Source: Vitrella brassicaformis CCMP3155
Taxonomy: Eukaryota; Protista; Chromerida
Direction of reading: 5' to 3'
Length of the DNA stretch: 45,391 nucleotides
Assembly: GCA_001179505.1 (NCBI GenBank)
Contig: CDMY01000597.1
Coordinates: forward strand, 1-45,391
The position numbers and the translations under genes were made by a program. Position 1 is the first letter of the stretch. Every line of letters starts with the position of its first letter. A model generated the notes under the pieces. The model searched no databases and was not told where the DNA came from. It was given only the letters and a program-made list of their open reading frames with translations. This document shows positions 42,590 through 45,391 of this stretch, piece after piece.

Positions 42590-45391
42590 ATGGCCGGTCA
42601 GCTGGACTTGCGGGGAGAGCACAGCCGTTCGCATCCCGTGTTGCTGCCCGACCTCTCCCCGCACACGCCATACGCACCGCGGACCATCTCGGACCTGGTG
42701 CTGCTCGAGCAGGTCGCAAAGGCTGAGGTCGAGAAGGATGAAGAGCTTGAAGACGAGGCTGCTGAGCTCGAGGGGCCCGGCAAGCCTGTCACCTGGAATG
42801 CACTCTTTCAATCGGTACCAGACAGACATTCACTCCATAATGGGATGGATGGGTGGAGCTGACTGACTGTTTGTTTCTGCCTGCAGGTCACGAACGTGTC
42901 GTCAGCGGTGGATTACCACGAGACGACTCACCGGATGCCCATGCGGACGCCGTCTGGTCGGCTGGTCAAGGCGATCCCCATCCCCTCCTACATCCGCCTC
43001 AACCTCGACCCGCACTACAACGTGTGCGCCTCGCAGAGCGAGGAGGTCGTGCTCGCCGCACGGGTAAGTAAAGAGCTACCTGACCGACCTGACTCCCCAG
43101 CCACACACACGCAGGATTTGTGTGTGTCGATGAGTCGATGGTTGGGTGCTCTCTCTGTGCAGACGGTGCAGAAGCTGCTTGCGTTGCGTGACAAGTGGAA
43201 CATCCGGTACCCCGACGTCGAGCCCAACACCGTCGTACCTGCCATGCCACAGCCACTCGGACAAGTGAGCGAGCGTCAAGACTTGAGCTGACCCCCGACC
43301 CGACCACACTGACATCCATCCATCCGCGGTGCCTGCCTCTTTCTTCACCTTGTTCGTTCGTTCGTTGGTCAGGGTTCCAACGAGCCCATCTTCAACCCGA
43401 GTGGTTGTGACATGCTGCCCCCGATCGACGCCGTCGTGTCGTTCGAGCGGGGCATCTTCCAGGTCTACTGGGAACCAAACACTGCGGCGGCCGCCGTGGC
43501 ACTGACCGTCGAGGGCAACGGCAATGGCAATGGGCAGGTGGACCCCATCACACCGGGATTCGGACCACAGGTGGACCAGTATGACGACACAGGTCAGCTC
43601 AGCGACGATTGCCCACAAACAGACAGACAGATGGGCACTCGTCAAAGGGCACGTGTGTATGTGTGTGCAGACGAGGGTGGTCCACAGGAGACGGCCACGA
43701 CCGATCAGCAGCCCCCGGTGAATCTGACAGAGGAGGCGGCCAACGGTCCGGTCCCCCCGGCGCCCGGCAGGCCGCCTCTGCTGTACGCCCACCGGCCCAT
43801 CCCCCCGGTCGAGGACTACCTCGCTGACCTCAAAGAGATCATGCAGGCCGTCCAAAACCCAGGCACGGTGGCACCCGGACACACACACCATCCGGCCGTC
43901 ATTTGGTATGTGTGTGTGTGTGTCAGTGTGCAAGACGTTTGCTTGGCGTCGGTTGCGTTATCTGGAGAGTCAGTTCAACATGCACCTGATGTTCAACTCG
44001 CAGGCCGAGCAGCAGGAGAGCAAAGAGACCCACCACAGGGACTTCTACAACGTTCGCAAAGTCGACACACACATACACCACTCTGGTGGGTGCGCCATCC
44101 TTCTACCCACCCCAGACACAGCCAGGCCACATGCCCCTCCCTCCCTCCCTCCCTGTGTGTCAGCCTGCATGCATCAGAAGCACCTCCTTCGCTTCATTCG
44201 AAAGAAGTACCGTTGTGAGGCAGACACGGTGGTGGCCAAGTCGCCGGGTGGCAAGGACCTGACTCTCCGTGACATCTTTGCTGAGGAGGTCGGATTCTCT
44301 GCGTACGAGGCGTCGACGGACCACCTGGCGGTGCAGGCCATGGGGTCGTGCTTCCAGCGGTTCGACCTCTTCAACAACAAGTACAATCCCTTTGAGAAGA
44401 AGACACTCAGGGACGTCTTCCTCAAGACAGACAACTTCATCGACGGTAGGGAGGGAGCCACTGACTGAACTGACTGATGGGGGGCGCCGTGGCACAGAGA
44501 GCGGTCTAGACACTCTCTCTCTGTCTCTCTCTCTCTGTGGGGGGNNNNNNNNNNNNNNNNNNNNNNNNNNNNNNNNNNNNNNNNNNNNNNNNNNNNNNNN
44601 NNNNNNNNNNNNNNNNNNNNNNNNNNNNNNNNNNNNNNNNNNNNNNNNNNNNNNNNNNNNNNNNNNNNNNNNNNNNNNNNNNNNNNNNNNNNNNNNNNNN
44701 NNNNNNNNNNNNNNNNNNNNNNNNNNNNNNNNNNNNNNNNNNNNNNNNNNNNNNNNNNNNNNNNNNNNNNNNNNNNNNNNNNNNNNNNNNNNNNNNNNNN
44801 NNNNNNNNNNNNNNNNNNNNNNNNNNNNNNNNNNNNNNNNNNNNGCGGTCGGTCGGTATGGAGAGAGAGACAGATAGGGGCAGACACGTCTGTGTGTGTG
44901 TGTGTGTGCCAGGTGCGGTGGATGATCCAGGTGCCCCGGTTGTTTGGGCTCTACAAGAAGATGGGCGTCGTCAACACATTCGCCGACATGCTCAGGAACA
45001 TCTTCCAGTGAGGGAGGGAGCCACACACCAGACCAACACACACAGCCACACAGACAGCAGGACACTACACTCGTATGTATGTTGTCAACCTTGATTCTAG
45101 GCCCGTGTTCGAGGCGGTCGTCAACCCAGAAGCCAACCGGGACGTCTTCATGGCGCTCCACCAGGTCAGACAGACAGACAGACGGACATGCCGCTCGGTG
45201 TGTGTTTGTGTTGTCCACCCATCCATCCATCCATCGATTCATCCATCCACATGTGCAGGTGACTGGCTGGGACTCAGTCGACGACGAGTCGGTCATGTCA
45301 AAGTTCACCACCGAGGGCGGTGAGCTGCCCGACCCTGAGGACTGGACGCAGCCACACAACCCGCCATACTCATACTGGTCAGTCAGTCAGT
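42590..45391 (+). CDS. AMPD: AMP deaminase (3' end beyond window; spans assembly gap)
   Basis: KTFAWRRLRYLESQFNMHLMFN, HRDFYNVRKVDTHIHHS|ACMHQKHLLRFI, FQRFDLFNNKYNP, VFLKTDNFIDG, GWDSVDDES, DWTQPHNPPYSYW. Confidence 0.95.
44545..44844. other. Assembly gap (300 N) inside the AMP deaminase gene
   Basis: Run of N. At least one AMPD exon may be hidden here. Confidence 0.99.

Noticed and set aside
335-45391. Numerous ORFs rich in [20 protein letters not shown] or SIHPSIHP
   Set aside because: They are translations of intronic (CA)n, (TG)n, (GACA)n and (CATC)n microsatellites, which lack stop codons by composition.
1-45391. CRISPR arrays, rRNA, tRNA, transposase or reverse-transcriptase genes
   Set aside because: None were seen by eye. 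All tandem repeats are telomeric or simple microsatellites without unique spacers. tRNAscan-SE and Infernal were not run, so small intronic ncRNAs cannot be excluded.

Overview
Left end of a eukaryotic chromosome or scaffold. It starts with about 136 bp of (CCCTAAA)n telomere, followed almost immediately by a dense array of intron-rich genes with GC-rich exons and short, microsatellite-filled introns. Telomere type, intron style, a flagellar transition-zone gene and an apicomplexan-style Apple domain point to a free-living apicomplexan relative, most likely the chromerid Vitrella brassicaformis (inference, no database search). I reconstructed 14 spliced protein-coding genes by hand: a telomere-proximal lineage-specific polyQ protein, DDX27/DRS1, a coiled-coil protein, NPHP4, a STE20-like pseudokinase, an N-acylated coiled-coil protein, a divergent non-RD kinase, ADAT1, a membrane-anchored cereblon CULT-only protein, a secreted arylsulfotransferase(ASST)-like beta-propeller fused to a PAN/Apple domain, a SWIRM-less LSD1/KDM1-like oxidase with an extended PHD finger, a type II thioesterase, SDHA, and AMP deaminase (runs off the window and spans a 300-N gap). 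The most interesting signals are: (1) the ASST-Apple secreted fusion with a remodelled active site; (2) the LSD1-ePHD architecture; (3) the membrane-tethered CULT protein; (4) a window-wide intron pattern with CA-rich 5' tracts and complementary UG-rich 3' tracts, plus several GC-AG introns; (5) a decayed copy of DDX27 exon 1 joined to an intron that shares a 51-bp segment with an ADAT1 intron. Most ORFs in the supplied track are microsatellite or antisense artefacts. All splice models are manual and need RNA-seq confirmation.
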